Below, piece after piece: positions 48,601-58,112 of a stretch of DNA of 64,000 nt; position 1 is the first letter of the stretch; each line of letters begins with the position of its first letter. Position numbers and translations under genes: made by a program. The notes beneath the pieces were generated by a model that ran no database searches, was not told the origin of the DNA, and worked only from the letters and a program-made list of their open reading frames with translations. The stretch is from Candidatus Bathyarchaeota archaeon. Lineage in GTDB: Archaea > Thermoproteota > Bathyarchaeia > Hecatellales > Hecatellaceae. The stretch lies in the NCBI GenBank assembly GCA_052246995.1, contig JBQPWD010000001.1:64001-128000 (forward strand). The letters are read 5' to 3'.

Positions 48601-49175
48601 TTGCCAGTAGCTGCCTTTAAGTTTAATTCTGCCTCCCTTAATTGTGCTTTAGCTTCTTCTTTTTTTCTATCGTATTCAGCTATCCCTATTATGCCTTCAA
48701 CATGTTTTCTTCTATCTTCAGGGCTAAAGTCTGAAATCTTAAGTATTGTTCCCTGAGTAACAACATTCATCCCTATGGATGCATGCCTTATCATATCAAC
48801 TAAGATTCCTCTAGGGTACCTTTTACCATTAACCTTGTAAAGACTGCTTCCATCAGAGCCCAAATAACGTGAAATAACAACAACATCAGAGTCTACTGGA
48901 ATTTTTCTTTCAGCGTTGTCAAGATGTACCGTTACAACAGCATATTTTGCCTTTTGAAAGTTACTATTTCCATGCCATAAAAGTTGTGAAAAATTTGTTG
49001 CTCTTAAACTTCTGATACTAAGTTCTCCAAAAACAAAACTTATAGCGTCAACTATGTTTGTTTTTCCACTTCCATTTGGACCCATAATAACGTTTAATCC
49101 TTTGTCAAAAGGAATAACAGTTTTTTTTGCGAATGTTTTAAAATTGTAAATTTCAAGTTTTTTAATAAAAACCAT
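45645..49175 (-). CDS. smc: chromosome segregation protein SMC
   Basis: Walker A GPNGSGKT, coiled coils, hinge (GIYG, GRIKLIPL, VTLDG), ASGGE, DEVDAHLD. Confidence 0.96.
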   Translation of the reverse strand: MVFIKKLEIYNFKTFAKKTVIPFDKGLNVIMGPNGSGKTNIVDAISFVFGELSIRSLRATNFSQLLWHGNSNFQKAKYAVVTVHLDNAERKIPVDSDVVVISRYLGSDGSSLYKVNGKRYPRGILVDMIRHASIGMNVVTQGTILKISDFSPEDRRKHVEGIIGIAEYDRKKEEAKAQLREAELNLKAATGKFEEVKKRLIELEVERNILLRYNYVKNELKRLNAIKLSKTIRKLQLEAEEISEELKVKETELGKLREKSEELEKLYSSEEKKWKDYTFNVVDKGEDRLLTIQNEIGNLNSRVAELKTLISSAESVLKSYDEVRIKKIETFKSLRKQLATINEELKKSKKLKNEAEEVIKEKEKERREILERIEKIRKFADENLEKLSTLEEKISKLEKENGKLEIKINAEKKSCEIFEDQIKSLESRREAFRNLYENFIERFKMLEELKEKEQDLLEKTVKTVEKIKQRIEITEKEIINSEKKAKQIRATIAEFTSRKDLANMLISEEKALEYIENLASIKALTGIYGRVKQKIHVDEKYRKAVEAASDGWLQALIVENLDTVKACAGALKKAKIGRIKLIPLQSIQHIKTLQPPRIPGILGVLASFIKSPAKYSPAVNFIFGDTLLAEEEDSALKASLQGYRVVTLDGEVFQPGLKFEVGFYREKVDLSDFLPSDNVIKEVTQVISSFEKLIESKKNELTRLNRELLRLENERVLHEDAVKFFEKDLSTIRENIERIQKNIVEIDKRIRKLKNEYESSKSWINEAEDRKKQILEELHSVRSEASTFKHKLKPEHLTLLESKNAKLEAEINEIQRRLNEINNRILTDELNINNMLLPSIESIKKEIINLNKTIRTVRRSAEESREKVKDLKEKLKELEKEKEKILTELANKKEKQKMFINVLEEIDKQIKVVNSEIENKLQNVNNLKQDLLRKQLELEQHFKELKELGYEEPLNLEEGEFEERLFEKLKREYDDLAGKVNMNALSLYEPQKNNYKELSIRINQLEAEKREILRFMDEIEKEKKETFFDALEKVNAKFSEMFHSITGGKGWIQLQNPDDPFSSGLDIIVEFPGKNLMPITAASGGERSIVAICYIFALQSLTKTPSFYIFDEVDAHLDPVNTQRLAELLSREAKNSQVIVISFKEPVAVKADRIFGIYLKDGVSHLYSLPLQGLGK

Positions 49176-49396
49176 TACGTCATTTCCTCCACTACTTAAA
49201 CAACGAGTGTTCTGTATCGTCTCTCCTTAATATTTTTCAATCTGCTTTTAAAACTAAAAAAACTAAGTTACATGTTAACTTAAAAATGCTTAAAAATTTT
49301 TTAACATATTTCTATCTTCCAGATAAAAGTTGAAGGGTTAGCTGTGGTTTTAATTTTTCAACCTAATTTCTTTAGGTTAGAAGGAGTTGTGCAATA

Positions 49397-50494
49397 TTGT
49401 TTAGTGGCATGGTTAAACATCTTAGTGCTAGGAGAATTAATGCCTTAAAAAATATGATGGAAAAATTAAAGTTTGATTGTTATGTTTGTAAATTTTCTCC
49501 AAATATTCAATATCTCTTGGCTAATAGTCAAGTTGATGGTGAAGGTTTTGCTTTAATTGTTTTTTTAGATGATAAGTTGCCTATCCTTTATATTCCAAAA
49601 CTTGAGGAAACGCGTGTTAAATTTGAAGTTAAGAATGCGGATATAAGGCTTCTTACTCGCACGAGATTTGAGGAAAACCTGCTAGAAACTTTCTTAGAAA
49701 AGAAAGTCAAAAATGTTTACTTTGACAGTTTATCTTTAACAGAACTGGAGTTCTTTAAAAAAAGACTTAAAAATGCATATTTTAAGCTTTTTCCCAGCAT
49801 TCTGATAAACCTTAGGGAAATTAAAGATGAATTGGAAGTTAAGCTTATTGAAAAAGCAACACAAATTTCTGCTATGGGGGTTAAAGTAGGATTAGAGTTT
49901 TTAAGAGTTGGTGTTAAAGAATTTGAAGTTGCTGCTGAAATTGAATATGAGATGAGAAAAAAAGGTGCTGAAAGTTTGGCATTTAAAACTATAGTGGCTT
50001 CAGGCTTTAGGTCAAGCTTTCCCCATGCGGTTTCAACTGAGAAAAAAATTAAAAGCGGTGACCCTGTAGTTATTGATGTTGGCGCTAAATTTATGGGTTA
50101 TGTTTCAGATATAACTAGAACTAGCTACGTGGGTAAACCCTCTACTACGTATCAAAAAATTTACGACATAGTTGTTTCAGCTCAATTTAAAGCGATAAAA
50201 GCTATAAAGGCAGGTTTAAAGGGATTTGAAGCTGACAACATTGCCAGAAATGTTATTGTTGACGGAGGTTATGGTGAATATTTTCCGCATGGGCTTGGTC
50301 ATGGTTTAGGATTAGAAATTCATGAGTCTCCTAGGCTTTCAGCTACAAGTGAAGATGTTTTAAAAAATATGCAAGTTGTCACAGTCGAGCCAGGCATATA
50401 TCTACCATACAAGTTTGGGGTTAGAATTGAAGATGTTTGTTTGGTAACCAATAAGGGATTAAAAGTTATATCTAAAAAGTATATTCAACTTTAA
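49397..50494 (+). CDS. Xaa-Pro peptidase (M24)
   Basis: [28 protein letters not shown] and GVRIED motifs. Confidence 0.93.
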   Translation: MFSGMVKHLSARRINALKNMMEKLKFDCYVCKFSPNIQYLLANSQVDGEGFALIVFLDDKLPILYIPKLEETRVKFEVKNADIRLLTRTRFEENLLETFLEKKVKNVYFDSLSLTELEFFKKRLKNAYFKLFPSILINLREIKDELEVKLIEKATQISAMGVKVGLEFLRVGVKEFEVAAEIEYEMRKKGAESLAFKTIVASGFRSSFPHAVSTEKKIKSGDPVVIDVGAKFMGYVSDITRTSYVGKPSTTYQKIYDIVVSAQFKAIKAIKAGLKGFEADNIARNVIVDGGYGEYFPHGLGHGLGLEIHESPRLSATSEDVLKNMQVVTVEPGIYLPYKFGVRIEDVCLVTNKGLKVISKKYIQL

Positions 50495-50620
50495 GCGTTT
50501 AAGACAAGTAGTTAACTAATTGAGAAATACGGATTGTTAGGGTATCGTTCATAAAGTATTTAATGCAAAGTGGTTAGGAATCTTCAGTATTTTTGATAAA
50601 TTGGAGTAAAAACCTTTAAA

Positions 50621-50788
50621 GAAACCCCTAGAAAAGGGTTTTCAATACGGGTTTGTTCGAAATTCTTATTAAACCCTACCCCCTTCCTCATAAATGAAGG
50701 GCTAATTGAGCCTCGGCATGAGGCGTTATACCTCGTGATGTCTGAAAAAATTCCACAGCACTCCCGAATAGTTTTAACTGATAAACTA
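50621..50788 (+). ncRNA. candidate structured RNA (hairpin cluster) upstream of trkA
   Basis: Five short inverted repeats in about 170 nt, two of them mutually exclusive; no family recognised. Confidence 0.3.
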
Positions 50789-50859
50789 AAACATGATAGA
50801 CGTTTTTCCCAGAATTTACTTTCTATTTTATTTAAAAGTAGGAGGGTATAAAAAGTAGG

Positions 50860-51594
50860 TTGTATGTCATCATTGTTGGGTTAAGTGGTGTAGGTCAAGC
50901 ACTTGCAAAAATACTCGCCACGCGTAAACATGATACTGTGGTTATTGACAAAAATGAGGAAGTATGTAAAAAGTTTGCATCAGAAGCTGACGTGTTGGTA
51001 ATTCATGGTGATGCTTCTGATAAAGAAACCCTTCTAAACGCCGGAATAGAGAAAGCAGACGCTTTAATTGCTGCAACAAATGATGACTCTGTAAATCTTA
51101 TGGTTAGTTACATGTCTAAAGATTTTGGTGTTAAAAATATACTCGTAATTCTTAGAGATCCGGATCATGAAAAGGTTTTTAAAAATATTGGTGTCAAAAC
51201 GGTTTCTCCAGATGATATTGTTGCTGAACATATCTACCAAAGATTGCTCAATGTTGAAGACTTTCTTCTGATAGATAGTTACAATGTTAATGAGAAAATT
51301 AAAGGTAAATTAAGGTGTGAGGTTTTCTACGTTAGAGCTGAAGAGGATACCAATGTTATTGGTAAAGGAGTTAAGGACGTTTCCCTACCAAATGGATACA
51401 AAATCCTTGGAATTTTAAAGAAAGGCGAATTCTTCTCTGAGGAAGAAAATCCGATAATAGAGGTTGGAGATGGCGTTATACTTTACACCAGTAACGCCGA
51501 GGATTCCGGAACAATTAAACACGTGGTTGATAACTTTACAGGAAAAAGAAAACATAAAGGGAAGGTAGAAAGAAAAGTAGAACAAATAACTTAA
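50860..51594 (+). CDS. trkA: TrkA-family potassium uptake regulatory (RCK) protein
   Basis: IIVGLSGVG Rossmann motif, IHGDAS, AGIEKADALIAATNDD; RCK-C domain. Confidence 0.9.
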   Translation: MYVIIVGLSGVGQALAKILATRKHDTVVIDKNEEVCKKFASEADVLVIHGDASDKETLLNAGIEKADALIAATNDDSVNLMVSYMSKDFGVKNILVILRDPDHEKVFKNIGVKTVSPDDIVAEHIYQRLLNVEDFLLIDSYNVNEKIKGKLRCEVFYVRAEEDTNVIGKGVKDVSLPNGYKILGILKKGEFFSEEENPIIEVGDGVILYTSNAEDSGTIKHVVDNFTGKRKHKGKVERKVEQIT

Positions 51595-51612
51595 AAATTA
51601 AAATTTAAAACT

Positions 51613-53067
51613 TTAGAGAGTTTTTCCACCTTTAAGTCTTATAACTTCCTTCCATGTACTTGGCATAAGAAGAATGAGAACAGGGATTACTTCAAGCCTT
51701 CCAGCCCACATACCAAAGATGAGTACAGCTTTTACAAGCTCGGGAAGAGTGTTACTTATCCCCATAAAGCAAGGTCCAACAGTTGCTTGAGCTGAGAGAG
51801 TAGCAGAAAACGCCTCAAAAGTTTCAAACCCATGAAACGTTATAATACTTCCCAAAACTCCAGCTAAGAGGAAGTATGCAACAAAGAAGCCAAAAACCCT
51901 TATAATTGATTCCTCGCTAACAACCTGTTTTTCTATTCTCAGTATTTTTACGGTTCCTGGTGGAAGAATACTTTTTGTTAACATGTAATGTAGAATTTTC
52001 ATGAAGAGTATTACACGCATTATCTTTACCCCCCCAGCTGTTGACCCCATACTCCCCCCTATTACCATAAAAAATGTCAGTATCGTCTTTGTTAGCGGTG
52101 GAAGCTTCAGTACATTTACAGTTGTGTATCCTGTGGTGGTTAAAATTGATGTAGTTTGAAAAATTGACACCCTTAAAGCTTCCATGAAGTTTTGCTGGTT
52201 ATATGTTACAAGTTCAAATGAGATGATAATTGAAGAAATTAGGATCAATGTAAGCATAATTTTTATTTCAATATCCCTGAAAATTGCTTTAGGCTCCTTT
52301 CCGAAAAATACTTTTACGTGTGTTAAAAAGTTTGTAGCTCCTAGGATCATGAAAATAATGAGGGCAATCTCTACGTAGAAATTATTGTACTCTCTAATGC
52401 TAAGGTTGTTGGTTGAAAAACCCCCTGTTGATAGGCATGTAAAAGCGTGTGTTAAAGCCTCAAAAGGGTCAATCCCTAAAATCCAAAGTAAAGTTGCACA
52501 AGCAAGCGTGTAAATGAGGTATATTGCCCAGACTCTTCTTACCGTACCTATAACTCCGTATCGAAGTCTTTCCTCTCTTCCTTCAGCTCTATAAAGTCTT
52601 AAAATTCCAACACCAAGTCCTTCTTCGGTTATGAAACTGATAAATAGAAGAATTATACCTATTCCTCCAATCCACTGTGTAAAAGCCCTCCAAAATAGGA
52701 GAGAATGGGGTAGGCTTGGAATATTTCCTATTAACGTCATACCAGTTGTAGTGAAACCTGACATGGCTTCAAAATATGCATCGAGTAGAGGCATTTTAGC
52801 CGCTAAAACGTAGGGCAATGCGCCTACAAGTGAAACCATAAACCATGTAAGTGAGGATATAATCATAGCTTCAATTAGTGTTACCCCTACCAGTGGTTTA
52901 AATTTAAGTCTAAAAAAAAGACCGACGAAGATAGCCATAATTGCAATCTGCAGGAAACAAAATGCCTCATAGTACTCCCTGTAGATAAGGGCAACCGCTA
53001 CCGGTATAGTTAGGGTTAATCCGATAACAAGAATTATGCTGCCAAGATGCCATAAAATAACCCTCAT
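51613..53067 (-). CDS. trkH: TrkH-family potassium uptake membrane protein
   Basis: FEAMSGFTTTG, QWIGGIG, STGGF, GSTAGGVK and GRLE motifs. Confidence 0.95.
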   Translation of the reverse strand: MRVILWHLGSIILVIGLTLTIPVAVALIYREYYEAFCFLQIAIMAIFVGLFFRLKFKPLVGVTLIEAMIISSLTWFMVSLVGALPYVLAAKMPLLDAYFEAMSGFTTTGMTLIGNIPSLPHSLLFWRAFTQWIGGIGIILLFISFITEEGLGVGILRLYRAEGREERLRYGVIGTVRRVWAIYLIYTLACATLLWILGIDPFEALTHAFTCLSTGGFSTNNLSIREYNNFYVEIALIIFMILGATNFLTHVKVFFGKEPKAIFRDIEIKIMLTLILISSIIISFELVTYNQQNFMEALRVSIFQTTSILTTTGYTTVNVLKLPPLTKTILTFFMVIGGSMGSTAGGVKIMRVILFMKILHYMLTKSILPPGTVKILRIEKQVVSEESIIRVFGFFVAYFLLAGVLGSIITFHGFETFEAFSATLSAQATVGPCFMGISNTLPELVKAVLIFGMWAGRLEVIPVLILLMPSTWKEVIRLKGGKTL

Positions 53068-53193
53068 TTACTCACCAACCGTAGCAAGGCTACCTAAATA
53101 ACAAGTTACTGAATGTTTAAAGCTTTAAACCGGGATGGTATTATATTTTTCTCTTAAAGCCTTAAAGATTTATTTTGTCTTCTGAAGACATGT

Positions 53194-54969
53194 TTAAGTT
53201 TCAGCTATCTTTTTCAACTGTCTTTGATACATTTCTATTACCTCCGTTTCTGTTGTTGCATCTTCCGGGGCTTTGTCGTTCCTCCATTTACCAGTAAATC
53301 TTGGAAATCTTATAGCTAAACCACTTCCCTCTCTGATAACGTTTCTGGCAGTTGTATGAACAGGGCTTAAAGTTATTTCAGCTCCAATAACTTCTAAAAC
53401 AACTTTAGGTACAAACCAAACATCAGCCTTAATCTCCGAGTAAACTCTTGCATGACTATGCTGAATTATTAAATCCTTAAACATGTCGGGCATGGATGCT
53501 AAATCTTCATCCGTAAACCCTGAACCACACTTGCAAATAGTCTTAAACACATCGTTTTTATCATCATAAACTGCTAAAAGAAGTGCTCCATATGTTCCAA
53601 CCCTTTTTCCTCTACCATAAAACGCTCCAACAGCGACAAGGTCAAGAGTGTCTGTGAGAAGGGCTTGGTAATCTCTTTTATACTTTATCCATAACCATCC
53701 TCTAGCTCCAGCTTTATAAACCGAGTCTGGGGTTATAGCTTTCACCATAAGACCTTCACACCCCTCTTCAACAGCTTCTTGGAAGAATTTTTCAAGCTCT
53801 TTAATGTTATCCGTAACTATGGCTTTTGCAATTTTAACTCTATCAGACTCTTCAACAATTTCTTTAAGTTTTTCTCTTCTTTCAGGGTAAGGTTTAAGAG
53901 TATAGTCTTTTCCATTCACGTATAACAAGTCAAACATAAAAAGTGAAATAGGATAAAGCTTCATAGCTTCTTCTATATCGTACTTTCTTCTCCTATGCAT
54001 AAGCTCTTGGAAAGGCATCATTTCACCATTGTCAAGGTTGACTGCAACAGCTTCGCACTCAACAATGGCTTCAGAAGCTTTAACATGTCTTCTTACAAGT
54101 TCACAAGCATCTGGATAATGATGAGTAATATTCTCTAATCTGCGCGAGAAAAGCATAACCTCACCATTCGAGTTTTTGTGTGCCTGAATTCTTTCACCGT
54201 CATACTTGTATTCTGCTGCACACTTTCCAAGTTTTTCCAAAATTTCCTCAGCAGATGGTAGTCTTTCAGCAAGCATAGGCCTAACAGGTTTACCGACAGT
54301 AATTTTAAACTTTTTAATACCTTCTAAACCCTCCTCAGCTACAGATTTGGCAACCTCACCAAGGTCTGACGTTAAGTTGTAGGCTCTTTCAAGCTCTGGT
54401 CTAAGATCTTTAGAGCCGCAAAATGCTGCTGCAAGTCCATCCAGAATAGTCATATCTGCTACTCCAAGCCTAAGTTTCCCTGTAGCCATTCTTACAATAT
54501 ACTTGGCTTCAGCAGGGCTTGCGTGTGTAAGAAGACTTTGTAAAAGCTTAATTTTAACATCTTGAGACCCCTCACCAGTTGTTTTTGCAATTTTATCAAA
54601 TGTTTCATAAACCTTCTCTACAGTTAATTTTTCATCCTTGAATTCAAAAAGCTTTGTTTGAGTTTTTTTCTTGCTTATTAAATGGCTTGCAGCTTCACCT
54701 ATATCTCCCAGTCTTTGAAGCTCGCTATTTACAACTTTCTCACTTAAACCAGTAACCATTGCTATGGCTTTAATAGCCAGTTTTTCAGCTATTCCTAACT
54801 CAATGCCATAGTAATCCGGGTAGAGTTTACCCTGAGTTAGATAGACAACTTTGTCTATAATTTCTTTAGGTGTTTTTTTGAAGAGTTCTTCAAGATAGTC
54901 TGTTATTTCAAGTCTTTTCGTTGTGGACCCTATCTTCTCGTATACGTCAACTATTAGGGAATAATCCAT
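53194..54969 (-). CDS. lig: ATP-dependent DNA ligase
   Basis: EYKYDGER, FDLLY, EGLMVK, WIKYKRDY and IRFPRF motifs. Confidence 0.97.
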   Translation of the reverse strand: MDYSLIVDVYEKIGSTTKRLEITDYLEELFKKTPKEIIDKVVYLTQGKLYPDYYGIELGIAEKLAIKAIAMVTGLSEKVVNSELQRLGDIGEAASHLISKKKTQTKLFEFKDEKLTVEKVYETFDKIAKTTGEGSQDVKIKLLQSLLTHASPAEAKYIVRMATGKLRLGVADMTILDGLAAAFCGSKDLRPELERAYNLTSDLGEVAKSVAEEGLEGIKKFKITVGKPVRPMLAERLPSAEEILEKLGKCAAEYKYDGERIQAHKNSNGEVMLFSRRLENITHHYPDACELVRRHVKASEAIVECEAVAVNLDNGEMMPFQELMHRRRKYDIEEAMKLYPISLFMFDLLYVNGKDYTLKPYPERREKLKEIVEESDRVKIAKAIVTDNIKELEKFFQEAVEEGCEGLMVKAITPDSVYKAGARGWLWIKYKRDYQALLTDTLDLVAVGAFYGRGKRVGTYGALLLAVYDDKNDVFKTICKCGSGFTDEDLASMPDMFKDLIIQHSHARVYSEIKADVWFVPKVVLEVIGAEITLSPVHTTARNVIREGSGLAIRFPRFTGKWRNDKAPEDATTETEVIEMYQRQLKKIAET

Positions 54970-55020
54970 TGTAAGCCTCGTGTAGATTATTTAAACCAGA
55001 ATAAATAAACTTTCCCGAAA

Positions 55021-55542
55021 TTAAAACTTTTCAAAATGAACAACTTGAGCAAGTTTTCTTCTTGAAGGTTTTAACGGCTTATGTGCTGGATAACCTAAAG
55101 GTATTAAAGCTACAGGTCTAAAATCTTCAGGAATACCTAAAATCCTTTTTACTTTTTCTTCATGAAACGCTCCAACCCAGCATGTGGCAAGGCTAAGACT
55201 ATAAGCCGCTAAAAGCATATTTTGGATAGCCGCCGCACTATCCTGTAAACAATATAGATTCCTACCTCTCTCACCATATGCTCTTTCAGCTTTTTTAAGG
55301 TCTACACATACAACAATCACAACTGGTGCTTCAGCCACAAATTCCTGGTTTAAAGCTGCTTCAGCCAACTTTTCCTTTAACTCTTTACTTCTTACAACTA
55401 TAACCTCCCATGGTTGAACATTTCCAGCTGATGGTGCCCATCTACCTGCTTCAAGTATTTTTTTCAAATCTTCCTCGGAAACATCTTTCTCGGTAAACTT
55501 TCTTATACTTCTTCTTTCAAATATTGCTTCAAAAACATCCAT
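55021..55542 (-). CDS. nitroreductase-family protein
   Basis: RRSIRKF, APSAGNVQPW, QNMLLAA and LGYP motifs; start ATG 55542. Confidence 0.92.
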   Translation of the reverse strand: MDVFEAIFERRSIRKFTEKDVSEEDLKKILEAGRWAPSAGNVQPWEVIVVRSKELKEKLAEAALNQEFVAEAPVVIVVCVDLKKAERAYGERGRNLYCLQDSAAAIQNMLLAAYSLSLATCWVGAFHEEKVKRILGIPEDFRPVALIPLGYPAHKPLKPSRRKLAQVVHFEKF

Positions 55543-55677
55543 CTTGCCCACCCCAGTAATCATGTTTCTGTTTACTCTTTAATTTCCATTAAACTTTTCC
55601 TAATTGTTTCAAGAAAATCTTATAGGTGTTTACCAAGTAAGTTTAAGTGATAAAGTGAGTATTAAAGGGTTTATCTG

Positions 55678-56334
55678 TTGAATGAACACGAGTTTTTTAG
55701 AATTCTTAAAAAGGTTTTAAAAAGCAAGGGTGGGCCACCACTAACCTTTACTCTTTTCCACGTTATTGAAGCATTAGAGATTATTGGAAACGAAAATAAT
55801 ATTGGAAGGGTTAAACTTGCGAAAAAGCTTGGTTTAGGTGAGGGTGCAACCAGAACCCTTCTAAAACATTTGAAAGAAAATAAACTTATAACTGTTCATC
55901 CAGCTTTTGGTTGTAGATTAACGGAAGCTGGTAAAAAGCTTTATAAAATTATTAACTCTAATCTTTCAAGAGTTGTTGAACTCCCAAAAACCTCGTTATC
56001 CGTGGGTAAGTATAGTACCGCTATACTTGTAAAAAATGCTGGCAAGGTTATAAGTTACGGTTTGGAGCAACGTGATGCCGCTATAAAGGCTGGTGGTGTT
56101 GGTGCGACAACATTAATCTATAGTGATGGTAAATTTATAATGCCTGGTTTTAAGGCTGAAGAATACATAAAAGATGATGAAATTTCTAGATTGCTTATCT
56201 CCAACCTTCAACCATCAAATGGTGATGTAGTAATCATTGGAGGAGGTTTAGATAAGTATACCGCAAAGATAGCTGCTAAAATGGCTGCTATTGAAACTTT
56301 AAAAAGTATGCTTAAAGAAGATACTTCTGAATAG
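55678..56334 (+). CDS. winged-helix protein (DUF4443-like)
   Basis: IGRVKLAKKLGLGEGATRTLL HTH, GLEQRDAAIKAG motif. Confidence 0.78.
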   Translation: MNEHEFFRILKKVLKSKGGPPLTFTLFHVIEALEIIGNENNIGRVKLAKKLGLGEGATRTLLKHLKENKLITVHPAFGCRLTEAGKKLYKIINSNLSRVVELPKTSLSVGKYSTAILVKNAGKVISYGLEQRDAAIKAGGVGATTLIYSDGKFIMPGFKAEEYIKDDEISRLLISNLQPSNGDVVIIGGGLDKYTAKIAAKMAAIETLKSMLKEDTSE

Positions 56335-56344
56335 GTTTAATGTT

Positions 56345-57139
56345 ATGAGTGTTATTGAACGTTTATCTACAGGAATTCCTGATTTTGATAAACTTGTTGA
56401 TGGTGGCATTCCCAGAGGCTTTGTTGTTGCTATAACGGGAGAGCCTGGAACGGGTAAAACAATTTTCTCAATACATTTCGTTGCTCAGGGTATTAAGGAC
56501 AAGGATACATGCATTTATGTAACAACAGAGGAATCCCGCGAATCAATTATTGTACAGGCTAAGCAGTTTGGTATCGACTTTTCATCAGCTGTTGAAAAAA
56601 GAAGGTTAATTATTATTGACGCATTAATGGGCTTAGAAGACCAGTGGTCTCTTAAAAGTCTTGACGTTGAAGAGCTACTTAACAAGGTTATTGGGGCAAA
56701 AAAATCTTTAGGCTATGGTAGGTCTAGGCTTGTGATAGACAGCTTATCTGCCTTCTGGCTTGATAAACCTGCAATGGCTAGAAGGTACTCTTATCTTGTT
56801 AAGAAGGTTTTATCTAAATGGGATTTCACTGTTTTTGCTGTTTCACAGTATGCCATCACAACCTCTGATGCTTTTGGATTTGGCTTAGAACATATTGCTG
56901 AGGGCATAGTAAGGTTTAGAAGGTTTGTTCGTGGAGGAGTTTTAAGAAGATATATTTTAGTTGAGAAAATGAGGCAGACAAGTCACTCCTTGGTGATGCA
57001 TGAAGTGTCTGTTGTTGATGGTAAAGGTTTAGTTGTTTTAGGTCCTGTAAAAGAGCGAAAAGAAGATATTTCTCTCCCTGAAAGTATTGCAAGAAAGATG
57101 GTTAAAGCTAAGGATGAAAAAGAAGGTGAATTACCATAG
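56345..57139 (+). CDS. single-domain KaiC-like ATPase
   Basis: RLSTGI, GEPGTGKT, YVTTEES, LVIDSLSAFWLDKPAMAR and VEKMRQT motifs. Confidence 0.9.
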   Translation: MSVIERLSTGIPDFDKLVDGGIPRGFVVAITGEPGTGKTIFSIHFVAQGIKDKDTCIYVTTEESRESIIVQAKQFGIDFSSAVEKRRLIIIDALMGLEDQWSLKSLDVEELLNKVIGAKKSLGYGRSRLVIDSLSAFWLDKPAMARRYSYLVKKVLSKWDFTVFAVSQYAITTSDAFGFGLEHIAEGIVRFRRFVRGGVLRRYILVEKMRQTSHSLVMHEVSVVDGKGLVVLGPVKERKEDISLPESIARKMVKAKDEKEGELP

Positions 57140-57151
57140 AGAAGTTGTATA

Positions 57152-58090
57152 ATGTTAAATTCTTCTTTCCAAACTTTTAATTATAGATGTGTAGTGAATA
57201 ATCTAATTTTTGAGCATTACAACAAGCTTGAAGTTAAATCTGAAATTGTAGAATTCTGCAAAAACAGGTGGGTTGGACTTCACTGTGAAGGTAAGGATGA
57301 AAAGGGTAGAAAAGTTTTAGTTAGATATCTTGGTTCTAAGAAACATCCGCTACGAATTTCTTCTATAAAAGAGCTGGAGAAACTCTTTTCATTTTTTAGC
57401 AAACTTAAACCTAGAACAGTTTATGCAACAGCAAACATATACAGTAAACTTAGGTTCTTAGAGGACCTTTACGATTCTTCAAACATTTCGGCGTGTATGC
57501 CTACATTAGACATTGATAACGCTCTGGAAGATTGGGATGCAACCGTTAAAGCTGTTTATGAAGTTATTTCAACTTTAGAGGCTAATGGCGTCCTTAAATC
57601 CTTTTTTATCAAGTTTAGCGGTAATGGTGTCCATGTTCATGTTCATCCTTACGCAATTTCTGAGGATGTTAGAAAAAGGTTTAATCCGCTAGACATAGCT
57701 TGGACAATTTCTGAATATGTTAAAGAGAAAGTTTCACCAAAAGTTTTAGATATTGCCTTAAAGTTTAATGCTGAAAAACTAAAAATTGAGAATGTTATAG
57801 ATCCTCAACGACTCTTTACGGCGCCCCTTTCAATTCATAGGGAAAAGCCAAAAGTTACTGTTTGTATAAATCCTAATAAGATTGATGACTTTAACCCTTT
57901 ACATGATGCAAACCTAAAAAATTTTAAACATTTCTTCAATTGGAAGGAATATGTTAAAGGTGAAGCTGATGAACTAGCATTAAAAGCATACCAGAATATT
58001 TGCTTTTTTCCGTTTAAAAGAAGAAGATGGAGGAAACATCCCCCACTAGATAAACAAGTAATGAAGTTTATAAAAAACAACCAAGTTTAA
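57152..58090 (+). CDS. AEP-superfamily (primase-polymerase-like) protein
   Basis: Motif I LDID, motif II KFSGNGVHVH, motif III IDPQRLFTAPLSIH. Confidence 0.72.
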   Translation: MLNSSFQTFNYRCVVNNLIFEHYNKLEVKSEIVEFCKNRWVGLHCEGKDEKGRKVLVRYLGSKKHPLRISSIKELEKLFSFFSKLKPRTVYATANIYSKLRFLEDLYDSSNISACMPTLDIDNALEDWDATVKAVYEVISTLEANGVLKSFFIKFSGNGVHVHVHPYAISEDVRKRFNPLDIAWTISEYVKEKVSPKVLDIALKFNAEKLKIENVIDPQRLFTAPLSIHREKPKVTVCINPNKIDDFNPLHDANLKNFKHFFNWKEYVKGEADELALKAYQNICFFPFKRRRWRKHPPLDKQVMKFIKNNQV

Positions 58091-58112
58091 TTGAAAATTT
58101 AGCCTAGAGTTT

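Noticed and set aside
46200-48700. Low-complexity T/C-rich periodic sequence
   Set aside because: Explained by Lys/Glu-rich SMC coiled coils on the minus strand.
50621-50790. Assignment as a c-di-AMP (ydaO) riboswitch or a C/D box sRNA
   Set aside because: The conserved ydaO segments are absent on the sense strand and the C/D box spacing does not fit; kept only as an unassigned structured candidate.
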